The notes under the pieces: generated by a model
Seen by the model: the letters and a program-made list of their open reading frames with translations, nothing else
Told to the model about the DNA's origin: nothing
The model's database searches: none
Shown: piece after piece, positions 1-8,398 of the stretch
Layout: the number at the start of each line of letters is the position of its first letter
Position numbering within the stretch: position 1 is the first letter of the stretch
Position numbers and translations under genes: made by a program
Virus record (IMG/VR): IMGVR_UViG_3300020112_000604
Location: 32,001-96,000 of that record
Strand: one strand, 5' to 3'
DNA: 64,000 nucleotides
Source: a virus
Lineage: Duplodnaviria; Caudoviricetes

Positions 1-194
1 ACGTTGGCTTCAGATACATGCTCATACGAAAAGAAGTCTTCAGCAAATTTATCTCTAAACCAGTCTCTTACAAATTCTGTAGCTAAAGAGTACGAATTCG
101 CAAGACATGCGGTTATGAGGTTCTTAGTAAGCATCCATCTCTTAGGATTCTTAACATTGAAGTCCGATGGATGGAATTCTCTAAAGTCAGCCAT
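1..194 (-). CDS. Hypothetical phage protein, N-terminal part only (MADFREFHPSDFNVKNPKRW...), runs off the left edge
   Basis: Not in the ORF track. ATG at 194 follows RBS TAGGAGG, overlaps the stop of the upstream gene, and the frame is open to position 1. Confidence 0.75.
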   Translation of the reverse strand, partial: MADFREFHPSDFNVKNPKRWMLTKNLITACLANSYSLATEFVRDWFRDKFAEDFFSYEHVSEAN

Positions 195-730
195 TATTCA
201 TGCCTCCTAGCTTTTGGATCGAAAGATACTTCGACGGTTGTTTTAATAGAATCATAGTGATCTATCGGAATTGGGTTTACATCACGAATCAACGCTTCAC
301 GTTCAGGGTCCATCCACTTATGACGATAAAGATGGTCCGCAATTTGTTTATTGTTGTTTATGTAGTATATATAACCCTCACCGATGGTACTGAACGGAGT
401 ACCGTTGATTCCCTCACATATCATATGAATCGTATCGAATGGTTCTGGCTTTTTCAATTCACCAATTGGAAGCTTCCATTCTTCGTACCCTTTATTATAA
501 TTGCCTTTAGGTGTTTTAATCCCTCTAGTCACTGCAAATATCTGTGCTATTCTAAAGAATGGCGTCACGAATAGCTCTCCAGTCGATGGAAGTTCTATTT
601 CGTCACCTAATGCTTTGGTCGTTCCGACATATAGATAAGGGTACTGGCTATACGAGAGCTTTATCTTTTCTGGATGAGCATTCATCTTAGTTATGTCATA
701 AGCCTCGAATACATTAATGTCAAAATCCAT
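194..730 (-). CDS. Hypothetical 178-aa protein, possible ADP-ribosyltransferase-like fold
   Basis: Start moved to ATG 730 (RBS AAAGGAGG). Motif order YVGT ... FVTPxxxxAxxFA ... GYIYYI ... ERE resembles ART-fold proteins; function is inferred only. Confidence 0.6.
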   Translation of the reverse strand: MDFDINVFEAYDITKMNAHPEKIKLSYSQYPYLYVGTTKALGDEIELPSTGELFVTPFFRIAQIFAVTRGIKTPKGNYNKGYEEWKLPIGELKKPEPFDTIHMICEGINGTPFSTIGEGYIYYINNNKQIADHLYRHKWMDPEREALIRDVNPIPIDHYDSIKTTVEVSFDPKARRHE

Positions 731-750
731 ATCATTTCCTCCTTTCGACG

Positions 751-782
751 AAAAAAAAAATAAAGGCACTCCGAAGAGTGCC
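751..782 (-). terminator. Intrinsic terminator
   Basis: GGCACTC-TTCG-GAGTGCC stem with UUCG loop, then TTTA and T10 on the minus strand. Confidence 0.9.
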
Positions 783-788
783 ATTATT

Positions 789-1007
789 TTAGATGAGGCT
801 AAACGCTTCGTCTCCTTCAACAAGAAGATCATAGTAATGACCAAGCTCTGGCATTGTAGGTTCTGTCTTGTCGTTGAGCTCCTCGGCCTCTGTTGCACAC
901 ATTACATTGAATACGAGATTGCCAATCTGAATATGACCAATGATTCTGACCTCTACATCAAAATCTCCTGGGTCATGATAATTGCCTAATGTACCTACTG
1001 GTATCAT
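789..1007 (-). CDS. Small hypothetical protein (72 aa), monocistronic early-type cassette
   Basis: ATG 1007 after AAAGGA; bracketed by an early-type motif and a terminator. Confidence 0.7.
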   Translation of the reverse strand: MIPVGTLGNYHDPGDFDVEVRIIGHIQIGNLVFNVMCATEAEELNDKTEPTMPELGHYYDLLVEGDEAFSLI

Positions 1008-1021
1008 ATCATCACGTCCTT

Positions 1022-1040
1022 TCACTGTAATAGTATACAA
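1022..1040 (-). promoter_or_regulatory. Putative early-type promoter TTGTATACTATTACAGTGA
   Basis: 18/19 identical to 17532-17550 (+); both lie directly upstream of accessory genes. Confidence 0.65.
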
Positions 1041-1052
1041 ATGAAAACCGGA

Positions 1053-1979
1053 TTAGAAGTTGCCGTTTGGACCTACAGCTACAAGTCTCCACTGGAGTCC
1101 GTAGTTTGAATTCGATACTGTCATTGTAAGCTTATTTACTTCAGCACCCTGCAGCATCATAGGGTCTGGTAATGGGTAGTTTGGTACTAACTGGTTAGTG
1201 TTTGTGTCAATTACACCGAAGTACTTTTCATCTGTAGCATCGTTGTAGAATACAACGGTTTCGATGTTTGGAGCATCGCCGATAATCATTCGGTTCTGTT
1301 CTGGTGTAAGAGTTGCTGCGAATGCTGCATATTCGTCCGAGTCATCCATTGTCTGCTGGAACTGATATGCTGGATTGTTATTAGCTAACGCTGCAGTCAT
1401 TGTAATTGGGTTATTAGGAATCTGCTGCTGTGTAGGCATATTGATATAAGCCTGGTAAAGGTCTGCTGTATACTTAGCATCACTTACTGCAGCTTCAGAA
1501 GCCTTCTGTGCCTGTGCTCGCTTCATTTCGAAGTTATGGCAATCTGTGTAGATCTTATTCTTTTCTCTTACGCAGTTAATCTCTGTAGAGAGAAGAGAGT
1601 TGATAGCACCTGCACATTCATTAAGGTGCATGAACTTGTTCTTCATTACCTTATTATTCTTAAGTAAGTCGAACTGAGTCTTGAGGTCGTTTACCATTAC
1701 ATTAGCCTGGGAAGCTATGTAATCGTACTGTTCAAGTGATTCCTTATATGAGTTGATATAAGGTGTGTTTGTTGAGAAGAGGTTGCCTACTGGAGCTGGA
1801 GCAGGCTGCTGTGCCGGGACAATCTCGTCACGGTTCTTAGGTGGTCTACCACGTCTCTTTGGTGCCTGTTCTCCCTCTGCCGGAGCGGCTTCGGTCTTCT
1901 CTTTTGGTACGGCTACGCCACGAGATAATACCTCGTAATCAATGTTAAGGCCGTAAGCTGTTTCTGTTTCTTTACTCAT
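1053..1979 (-). CDS. Hypothetical 308-aa protein with an AT-hook motif (PKRRGRPPK) and a central coiled coil
   Basis: ORF with RBS TAAGGAGG; canonical RGRP AT-hook near the N-terminus. Confidence 0.75.
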   Translation of the reverse strand: MSKETETAYGLNIDYEVLSRGVAVPKEKTEAAPAEGEQAPKRRGRPPKNRDEIVPAQQPAPAPVGNLFSTNTPYINSYKESLEQYDYIASQANVMVNDLKTQFDLLKNNKVMKNKFMHLNECAGAINSLLSTEINCVREKNKIYTDCHNFEMKRAQAQKASEAAVSDAKYTADLYQAYINMPTQQQIPNNPITMTAALANNNPAYQFQQTMDDSDEYAAFAATLTPEQNRMIIGDAPNIETVVFYNDATDEKYFGVIDTNTNQLVPNYPLPDPMMLQGAEVNKLTMTVSNSNYGLQWRLVAVGPNGNF

Positions 1980-2018
1980 AATGGTTCCTCCTTATATGAA
2001 AAAGTGATGTATTTTTAT

Positions 2019-2030
2019 TATTTTGATGTT
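2019..2030 (-). promoter_or_regulatory. Late-type promoter AACA-TCAAAA-TA
   Basis: Matches the recurrent AACA-N6-TA motif; back-to-back with the plus-strand copy at 2032. Confidence 0.65.
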
Positions 2031-2031
2031 T

Positions 2032-2043
2032 AACATTATAATG
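2032..2043 (+). promoter_or_regulatory. Late-type promoter AACA-TTATAA-TG
   Basis: AACA-N6-TG; would initiate a ~100-nt transcript ending at the 2107-2144 hairpin. Confidence 0.55.
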
Positions 2044-2144
2044 AGAGGTAAAACAACACCTCCATCTTTAAATTCTGTTTCTGTTCGCAAATCATCGCCT
2101 CCTAAGTCCCCATCCGGTTCGGCTCGGATGGGGAAATTTCTTTT
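2043..2144 (+). ncRNA. Candidate small RNA with two anti-Shine-Dalgarno tracts
   Basis: Promoter motif, CACCTCC (2057-2063), CGCCTCCT (2096-2103), then a 10-bp stem TCCCCATCCG/CGGATGGGGA and a T-rich tail. No RBS-supported plus-strand ORF. Confidence 0.4.
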
Positions 2145-2157
2145 CTACACAACCCGA

Positions 2158-2169
2158 AACTTTGAAGTA
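2158..2169 (+). promoter_or_regulatory. Late-type promoter variant AACT-TTGAAG-TA upstream of the DNA polymerase
   Basis: AAC-N7-TA spacing, between the hairpin and the polymerase RBS. Confidence 0.5.
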
Positions 2170-2205
2170 ACCGTAAAGGGTTTAAGAGTGAAAGGAGCAT
2201 GTTTT

Positions 2206-4227
2206 ATGGACAATATTATTACAGGATATAGTAAAGGTGCTAATATAACAATCATGAATACAATCAATCATCCAGGTCATTTTGGTGAAAACAACAAATG
2301 GATCGGGTCTAAGTTAGACCTGATCTATAAAGACTGCGATACAGGTAAAAAGGGTGTTGAACAGATTGATACCCCTATGTATGAGTATTATCTGTTAAAC
2401 GATGAAGCATATCACGTTGATTACAATCGTGACTTCATTGAGAGGGAAAACGTTCATCCAGTTATATGCGAACATCAGAAACTCAAGTATGATATAGCAG
2501 AGAAGACTGGTAATCTTGAATGGTTCAAACAGAATAAAGCCACAGGTAATGGTAGACTCAACAACAAAATTCATTATCATCCGGATGTATTCATGTCTGA
2601 CATGAATATCTCAGATCATTATCGTTTCCAGTTCAATACAAACTATAAGAATGAAGTATGTCCAATAACAAAGATGTACTTCGATATTGAGTGTGATACT
2701 ATCAATATTAAGGGTGACTTCCCGGAATTAGGGGAAGCACCGGTTAATGCTATTTCATGTATCATGGATCATACAGTATATGTATTCATTCCTAGAGACT
2801 ATACTATTCCGGGAATGGTTGCATTCGAAAAGGAAGTCAATGAACACAAAGCTGAACTCGAAGCTGAGTTCGTTAAGTTCATTCAGGACTATGTAGGTGG
2901 CAATAGACCAAAAGTTTATCAGAAACGTCTTAAGGCTCTCGATATGGAAGAACTTCATATCAAGTTTGCGTTCTACGATTCAGAGATTCAGTGCATAGCA
3001 GCATTCTTTGCAATGGTAAACAAGTTACAGCCGGACTTCGTCCTTGCGTGGAACATGGGATTCGATACTCCGACTCTGATTGAAAGAATTCGTCAGTGTG
3101 GTTATAAACCAGAAGACATTTGTTGTCATCCAGACTTCAAGAAGAACAGAGTTGCTGAATATGTAATCAAGTATTCAGACATAGCACCGGATGACTATGC
3201 AGAACGCGGAGACTATTGTAATATCAGCGGTTATAGTAACTGGATGTGTCAGCTTATTCAGTTTGCATCTAAGAGAAAGGGACAGCACGCAATCGAAAAC
3301 TATAAGATTGACTACATTGGTCAGTTAATATGTGGTGTACCGAAGCTTGACTATTCTCACATATGTGATTCTATCAAGGATCTTCCGAGAGCAGACTTCA
3401 GAACCTTTATCTTATACAATATTGTGGATACTATAGTTCAGAAGTGTATTGAAGAAAGAGTTAATGATATTGACTTCGTATTTGCGAATACAATAGCATT
3501 CAACACAAGATATTCTAAGGTACACAGACAGACTGTATTTCTTACTAATAAGAGAATCAAGGAATTCATGGCTTCAGGATTCGTTCCGGGTAATAACGTT
3601 AACAAAGAAAACGAAAAGAAAGAATATCCGGGTGGTTTCGTTGCAGACCTTGAACTCATATCACATTATCCTATGGATAAGATCAATGGTGTTCCAGTTA
3701 GACTGTTTAAGAACTTGGTTGACTTTGACTATAAGTCACTTTATCCATCTATCTGGCGTCAGTGGAATATGTGTAAGAATGGTATGATTGGTCAGATGAA
3801 TCTCTTAGAACCATCTAGATGCGGTAATAAGTTCGGGGTTAAGTGTTATGACACTAATATAGCATTTGCTCAGGATATTCATGCGGCAAACTGGATTGAG
3901 TTCGGTTGGAGATGGTTTGACTTACCAGACTTCGAAGAAATGGTTTCAGATTGTGAAGAGTACTTTAAGAATCATAGAACACAGGGTTATATGGCTCTTA
4001 ATCCAGATAATGGAGCAATCAAACTCTTCAGACCAAGAGACACAATAAACAAACCTATCAAACCTTGCAGACATTGGCAGGCTAACGAATTTGCTGATTA
4101 TAAGATTAACGATGTAAAGTGTATAAAGCCATATAGTCTTGATGTGCCTATGGATAAGCTTTATGACACATACTCAGTTAAGTTCTTTGAAGAGCGTTCG
4201 GATGTCGTAGCAATGGCTGAACAGTAA
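2206..4227 (+). CDS. Family-B DNA polymerase, N-terminal part (3'-5' exonuclease plus motif A only), 673 aa
   Basis: ExoI FDIECD, ExoII AWNMGFD, ExoIII YNIVD, YPGGFV and motif A DFDYKSLYPS are present; motif B (KxxxNxxYG) and motif C (DTDS) are absent. Start moved to ATG 2206 (RBS AAAGGAG). Confidence 0.9.
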   Translation: MDNIITGYSKGANITIMNTINHPGHFGENNKWIGSKLDLIYKDCDTGKKGVEQIDTPMYEYYLLNDEAYHVDYNRDFIERENVHPVICEHQKLKYDIAEKTGNLEWFKQNKATGNGRLNNKIHYHPDVFMSDMNISDHYRFQFNTNYKNEVCPITKMYFDIECDTINIKGDFPELGEAPVNAISCIMDHTVYVFIPRDYTIPGMVAFEKEVNEHKAELEAEFVKFIQDYVGGNRPKVYQKRLKALDMEELHIKFAFYDSEIQCIAAFFAMVNKLQPDFVLAWNMGFDTPTLIERIRQCGYKPEDICCHPDFKKNRVAEYVIKYSDIAPDDYAERGDYCNISGYSNWMCQLIQFASKRKGQHAIENYKIDYIGQLICGVPKLDYSHICDSIKDLPRADFRTFILYNIVDTIVQKCIEERVNDIDFVFANTIAFNTRYSKVHRQTVFLTNKRIKEFMASGFVPGNNVNKENEKKEYPGGFVADLELISHYPMDKINGVPVRLFKNLVDFDYKSLYPSIWRQWNMCKNGMIGQMNLLEPSRCGNKFGVKCYDTNIAFAQDIHAANWIEFGWRWFDLPDFEEMVSDCEEYFKNHRTQGYMALNPDNGAIKLFRPRDTINKPIKPCRHWQANEFADYKINDVKCIKPYSLDVPMDKLYDTYSVKFFEERSDVVAMAEQ

Positions 4228-4240
4228 GGAGAAATATATA

Positions 4241-4945
4241 ATGACTATAAGAAGATTATTAGAACACAGCAAGCTTTTAATGGATGTACTTAGAGTAACT
4301 AAGGTTGGTCTGGATTCATTCGTCTTTACGACGGATGAACCGGGCAAAGTATTCGTAATAAATTCAGAGGGTTCAGTTATATATGTGGTATCCATCCCGG
4401 CTAATAGTCAGGGATGGATTCCTAATCGTATGCATATTGCAGGTGCGGTTAAGAACTATAACAAGATTATGTCTGAATTGGAAGATTCTAAGAAAGATGG
4501 AGAATCACCATTCGACAATATCATATTCACAACGTACAATCAGTGGTTATATCCAACCACATTGCATGCACATTGGGTTACATGTCTGGCATGGTTGAAT
4601 TCGTTGAGAGCCAAAATGCCAAGCTTCAGAGATAATATGGTAGTTGAATCCGAAGACATTCTTACTGACCCATATTATGAATTCATATTTACAGATGTCT
4701 TCTCAAAAGGTACAGGTGTTGGTGATATTGTCAAGACTAAGAGTGGACGACCTATCACAGTGTATAAGGGATTGCTTCCATATACATCTAAGGATAAGAT
4801 TAAACTTACTACTGGAGATATAGGTTCAAGAGAGTTCATCACTTGCTATACTATATCTAAGATTAAGCCAACAGCTTCATCTATGAGTGTAGATATGTAC
4901 ACAAGATGTCTTGACATCTTTGCACCTCAACATTTGAGTAACTAA
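4241..4945 (+). CDS. Hypothetical 234-aa protein co-transcribed with the polymerase
   Basis: RBS TAAGGAG overlaps the polymerase stop. Confidence 0.8.
   Translation: MTIRRLLEHSKLLMDVLRVTKVGLDSFVFTTDEPGKVFVINSEGSVIYVVSIPANSQGWIPNRMHIAGAVKNYNKIMSELEDSKKDGESPFDNIIFTTYNQWLYPTTLHAHWVTCLAWLNSLRAKMPSFRDNMVVESEDILTDPYYEFIFTDVFSKGTGVGDIVKTKSGRPITVYKGLLPYTSKDKIKLTTGDIGSREFITCYTISKIKPTASSMSVDMYTRCLDIFAPQHLSN
4929..4940 (+). promoter_or_regulatory. Late-type promoter AACA-TTTGAG-TA (portal)
   Basis: Identical 12-mer occurs at 43875-43886 (-). Confidence 0.7.
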
Positions 4946-4965
4946 ACAGTTAGGAGGTAGCTACT

Positions 4966-7335
4966 ATGGCCAAAGATAATAAACGGGAGTCAAGATCTCA
5001 GCGTGCTAAATATAAACAGCATAACGCTAAGATTAACGCTCTCGCAAAGTTTTTAAATTCAAACGGTGATGGCATCAAACGTACCGTCACATATACAGAC
5101 CCTAAGGACGACAGAGACTACGAGAGAGTAACTTCCGGCATGGAAGATACCCTTGACAGATTGCTCGACGGAATTAATACCGACGGCTCAAGTAATGCCG
5201 GCGGTATGGGTTCATCATCATTAACACATCGTTTTGCGGATAACGGAACAAGCGAAGAAGACATCATTAAAATGCAGAAAGATTTCAACAATCTGTTAGC
5301 ATTATCAGCTAACGATAGTTCATTCTTATCTGGTATGGCTAATGATGACTTAGTTGAACATGACTTACGTATCGACACAGTGCTGCATTACTGTCCTAAG
5401 CTTGATGAAGCTCTTAATGCTAAAGCAGACTGTATTCTTTCAGCTGACCATTTTGATAGAACGTTTATCAACGTTACATCCGAATCATCTGCAGAGCAGG
5501 AAGAATCCGTATTCAATCAGCGTGTTTCTGAACTCATGGAAATGCATGAGTTTGAAGATAAAGCCGATGAATGGTATCGTGAAGCAGCTAAGTATGGTGA
5601 GGTATACGTATACCGTGTTCCATTCGACAAAGCTACATCACGTTTACTCCGTGCTAAGGATGCATCCAATATGGCTTTACAGAAAGCATCAATTAATGCT
5701 TGTGGCATTGTTGGTGAAGGTGTAAGCTGTAATTGGTCTAAAGATGAATCTGAAATGATTACTGAGAATTTCGGCGAAGACTTCAGTATTGAAGTCGAAA
5801 TCAATAAGAGCGGATTAATTACTGATGTAGTTAACGAAGCTTACTCTATTCATGAAGCAATGTCTTTCAACGAAAGCATGTGTCTTAGCAGCTTCAATGA
5901 AGTAGCTGACGATTGTGATGGCGAAGCTATATCTGCTATGGGTAGAGCACCTAAGAGAAAGTATGATGTACTTATTCCATCAGATTCGTTAGACTATAAA
6001 TCATTCAACAAAGTAACACGTCACAAAGGTGACAAGGTTACAATCACAGGTGCAGAGGATGGTCTTGTTGATCCATCTAAGACTAGTATTTCAAATTATG
6101 AAATCAATATCCCTGGCACAATAATCAAGAAGTTACCTCGTAAAAACGTTATTCCACGTTATATAGGTGACACTTGCCTTGGATACACATATATTGAATT
6201 ATTAGACACTGCCCGCTCCGAAAACCAAAGAATACGTAACTTCAGGAGCACAATTAATCCTATCAACACAATGACAGGATATACTCAGAACCATCCAGAT
6301 GCTAAGAAAGAGTCTCCGGATGAAGAAGCTGTTAAGTTTATGGCTAAGCGTATTGCTAGTTTCATAGACACAAACTTCGTAAACAACAACCAGGATATCG
6401 CTCAGGATATCTATACAATCCTCAAGTACAATGATGACCTTTGCTCTAACAAGAAAGTTAGAATTACATTCATTCCGCCACAGGATATGTGTCACATATT
6501 CTTCAAACAGGACCCGATTACTCATCGCGGTATTTCGGATATTGAAGACTCTATCGTTCCTGCTACATTATACTCCGCTATGTTTATCACTAACGCTATC
6601 TGGAATCTCACCAGAGGCCAGGATAAGAGAGTATACTACGTAAAGCAGAACGTTGATACAAACACTTCACAGGTGTTACTTAACACCATTGACCAGATTA
6701 AGAAAGGTAATATGGGTATTCGTCAGATTGAGAATATCTCTCATATCCTTAACGTAACTGGTAGATTCAACGATTATCTTATTCCTACATCGGCATCTGG
6801 CGAAGAACCAATGCGTATGGAAATCTTACAGGGACAGACTGTAGAACTGCAGTCTGAACTCATGCAGGTTCTCTTAGAAGCTGCAATTATACCTACAGGT
6901 ATTCCTATGGAATACATCGAACAGAGACGTAGCGTTGAATTCGCTACACAGCTCACTATGTCAAACAACAAGTTCCTTATGATTGTATATAAGCGTCAGA
7001 ACAAGGTGCAGAAGATTCTCACTAAGGAACTTAAGGTTATGTACTTCAACCAGTATGGTGAAACATGTGCTCTTAAGGTTAAACTTCCACCTCCGATGTT
7101 CCTGAACATCACTAACATCAATCAGATCATGATGAACGTAGCTGATATGGCTCAGAAGTTAGTTGAAATCATGGGCGTCGGATACAATGAAGAAATACTT
7201 CCTTATGTACAGAAAGCAATCACTGTTAAGTATCTCGGTACATATATAGACCTTGATGACATTGAAGATATCATGAAGAATGCTGAGCATGAATACATGA
7301 TAGAACACAAGTCGGAGAACGGCGAAGAAATGTAA
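4966..7335 (+). CDS. Portal protein (T4 gp20-like), 789 aa
   Basis: YGEVYVY, RGQDKRVYYV and DYLIPTSASGEEPMRMEILQG correspond to conserved gp20-type portal blocks; lies next to tail genes. Confidence 0.8.
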   Translation: MAKDNKRESRSQRAKYKQHNAKINALAKFLNSNGDGIKRTVTYTDPKDDRDYERVTSGMEDTLDRLLDGINTDGSSNAGGMGSSSLTHRFADNGTSEEDIIKMQKDFNNLLALSANDSSFLSGMANDDLVEHDLRIDTVLHYCPKLDEALNAKADCILSADHFDRTFINVTSESSAEQEESVFNQRVSELMEMHEFEDKADEWYREAAKYGEVYVYRVPFDKATSRLLRAKDASNMALQKASINACGIVGEGVSCNWSKDESEMITENFGEDFSIEVEINKSGLITDVVNEAYSIHEAMSFNESMCLSSFNEVADDCDGEAISAMGRAPKRKYDVLIPSDSLDYKSFNKVTRHKGDKVTITGAEDGLVDPSKTSISNYEINIPGTIIKKLPRKNVIPRYIGDTCLGYTYIELLDTARSENQRIRNFRSTINPINTMTGYTQNHPDAKKESPDEEAVKFMAKRIASFIDTNFVNNNQDIAQDIYTILKYNDDLCSNKKVRITFIPPQDMCHIFFKQDPITHRGISDIEDSIVPATLYSAMFITNAIWNLTRGQDKRVYYVKQNVDTNTSQVLLNTIDQIKKGNMGIRQIENISHILNVTGRFNDYLIPTSASGEEPMRMEILQGQTVELQSELMQVLLEAAIIPTGIPMEYIEQRRSVEFATQLTMSNNKFLMIVYKRQNKVQKILTKELKVMYFNQYGETCALKVKLPPPMFLNITNINQIMMNVADMAQKLVEIMGVGYNEEILPYVQKAITVKYLGTYIDLDDIEDIMKNAEHEYMIEHKSENGEEM

Positions 7336-7349
7336 GAAACACAAACAAT

Positions 7350-7383
7350 CCCCGGTACCTAAGAGGTACCGGGGGTTATTTTG
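7350..7383. terminator. Terminator between convergent portal and tail-tube genes
   Basis: CCCCGGTACCT-AAG-AGGTACCGGGG 11-bp stem with T-rich flanks. Confidence 0.85.
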
Positions 7384-7399
7384 TTAAACGTATAGTTTA

Positions 7400-8377
7400 T
7401 CAGATTGTAGTTGTTGATGAAGACTCTGTTCCTACAGATACAGGATCCTTACTCATGATTGAGTGTTCACCACCTACGTGGCCATCCTTGTTGCTCATCA
7501 TGTTTGCAACGATATCTGTATGATATCCAGTACCTTCTTCACCACGGTTATCACCCTTAGATGTAAGAATGAACTTCTCTTCATCTGTCTGGAGCTTACC
7601 GAGTTCTGTGTACTCGAATCTTGTTGAGTTAACGATAAGACGTGAGTTTGTCTTGTTTTCAGGATTTCTCATGATTCTAAGAGCTGCAGCAGCCTTAGCA
7701 TCGATAGCGTCATTCTGGAGGCAGAGGCCGTTGAATGTGAGCTGTCTTACTGAGAAGTCGATTTCACCCTTCTTGTGTTCTGAAATGCTGAGGTCAGCTG
7801 TTGTAGGCTGGCAGCAGCAGAAGAGGTGGGCAGCTTCAACACGTGAGAATGTGTTGTCTGTTGTGAAGTAAAGGAATGTGAATACTTCCTTATCAAGACC
7901 TGGCTGTACTTCATCGAAACCGAGTGTGTCGATAAGACCATGGTATGTCTTAGCCTGTGTTTCAAGGTCATGAATACCTGTGAGGTAGTATCTGTGGAAC
8001 TTAGTGAGAGGCATACCTGCTCTTTCATGGTATTCCATAGTAATCTGACCTGCAGCCTGTTCAACCTTATTGATTACAGAGAGTTCTCTGATACCGTTAG
8101 AGATTGTAGCTGTTGAAGTTGTGATATTTTCGATACCGTCAAGTCCGATGAATTCGTTCTCAAGAACGTGGAGGTATGTCTGGATGATTGAACGTACTTC
8201 AGGGCCTTCATAAGCCATAGCACGTCTGATCCACTTTGGATAGTCAATTACGATGAGGAATGGGAAACCTGTCTCGTAGTAGTCGAACTGTTTGAGGTTA
8301 GTCCAGTCAGTTACACCCTTCATGAGGTTGTAGTTGACAACTTCTCTAGGAGTTCTTAAGTTACTGAAAAGTGACAT
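7400..8377 (-). CDS. Tail tube protein, 325 aa
   Basis: Directly downstream of the sheath, high-expression codon usage; size and motifs (GLDGIENIT, YHERAG, FLYFTTD) fit jumbo-phage tube proteins. Confidence 0.7.
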   Translation of the reverse strand: MSLFSNLRTPREVVNYNLMKGVTDWTNLKQFDYYETGFPFLIVIDYPKWIRRAMAYEGPEVRSIIQTYLHVLENEFIGLDGIENITTSTATISNGIRELSVINKVEQAAGQITMEYHERAGMPLTKFHRYYLTGIHDLETQAKTYHGLIDTLGFDEVQPGLDKEVFTFLYFTTDNTFSRVEAAHLFCCCQPTTADLSISEHKKGEIDFSVRQLTFNGLCLQNDAIDAKAAAALRIMRNPENKTNSRLIVNSTRFEYTELGKLQTDEEKFILTSKGDNRGEEGTGYHTDIVANMMSNKDGHVGGEHSIMSKDPVSVGTESSSTTTI

Positions 8378-8398
8378 ATATTTAGCACCCCTTTCTTA

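Noticed and set aside
2023-2205. ORF-track N-terminal extension of the polymerase
   Set aside because: It has no RBS and crosses a promoter motif and a terminator hairpin; ATG 2206 has a proper RBS. The same reasoning was used to shorten other starts.
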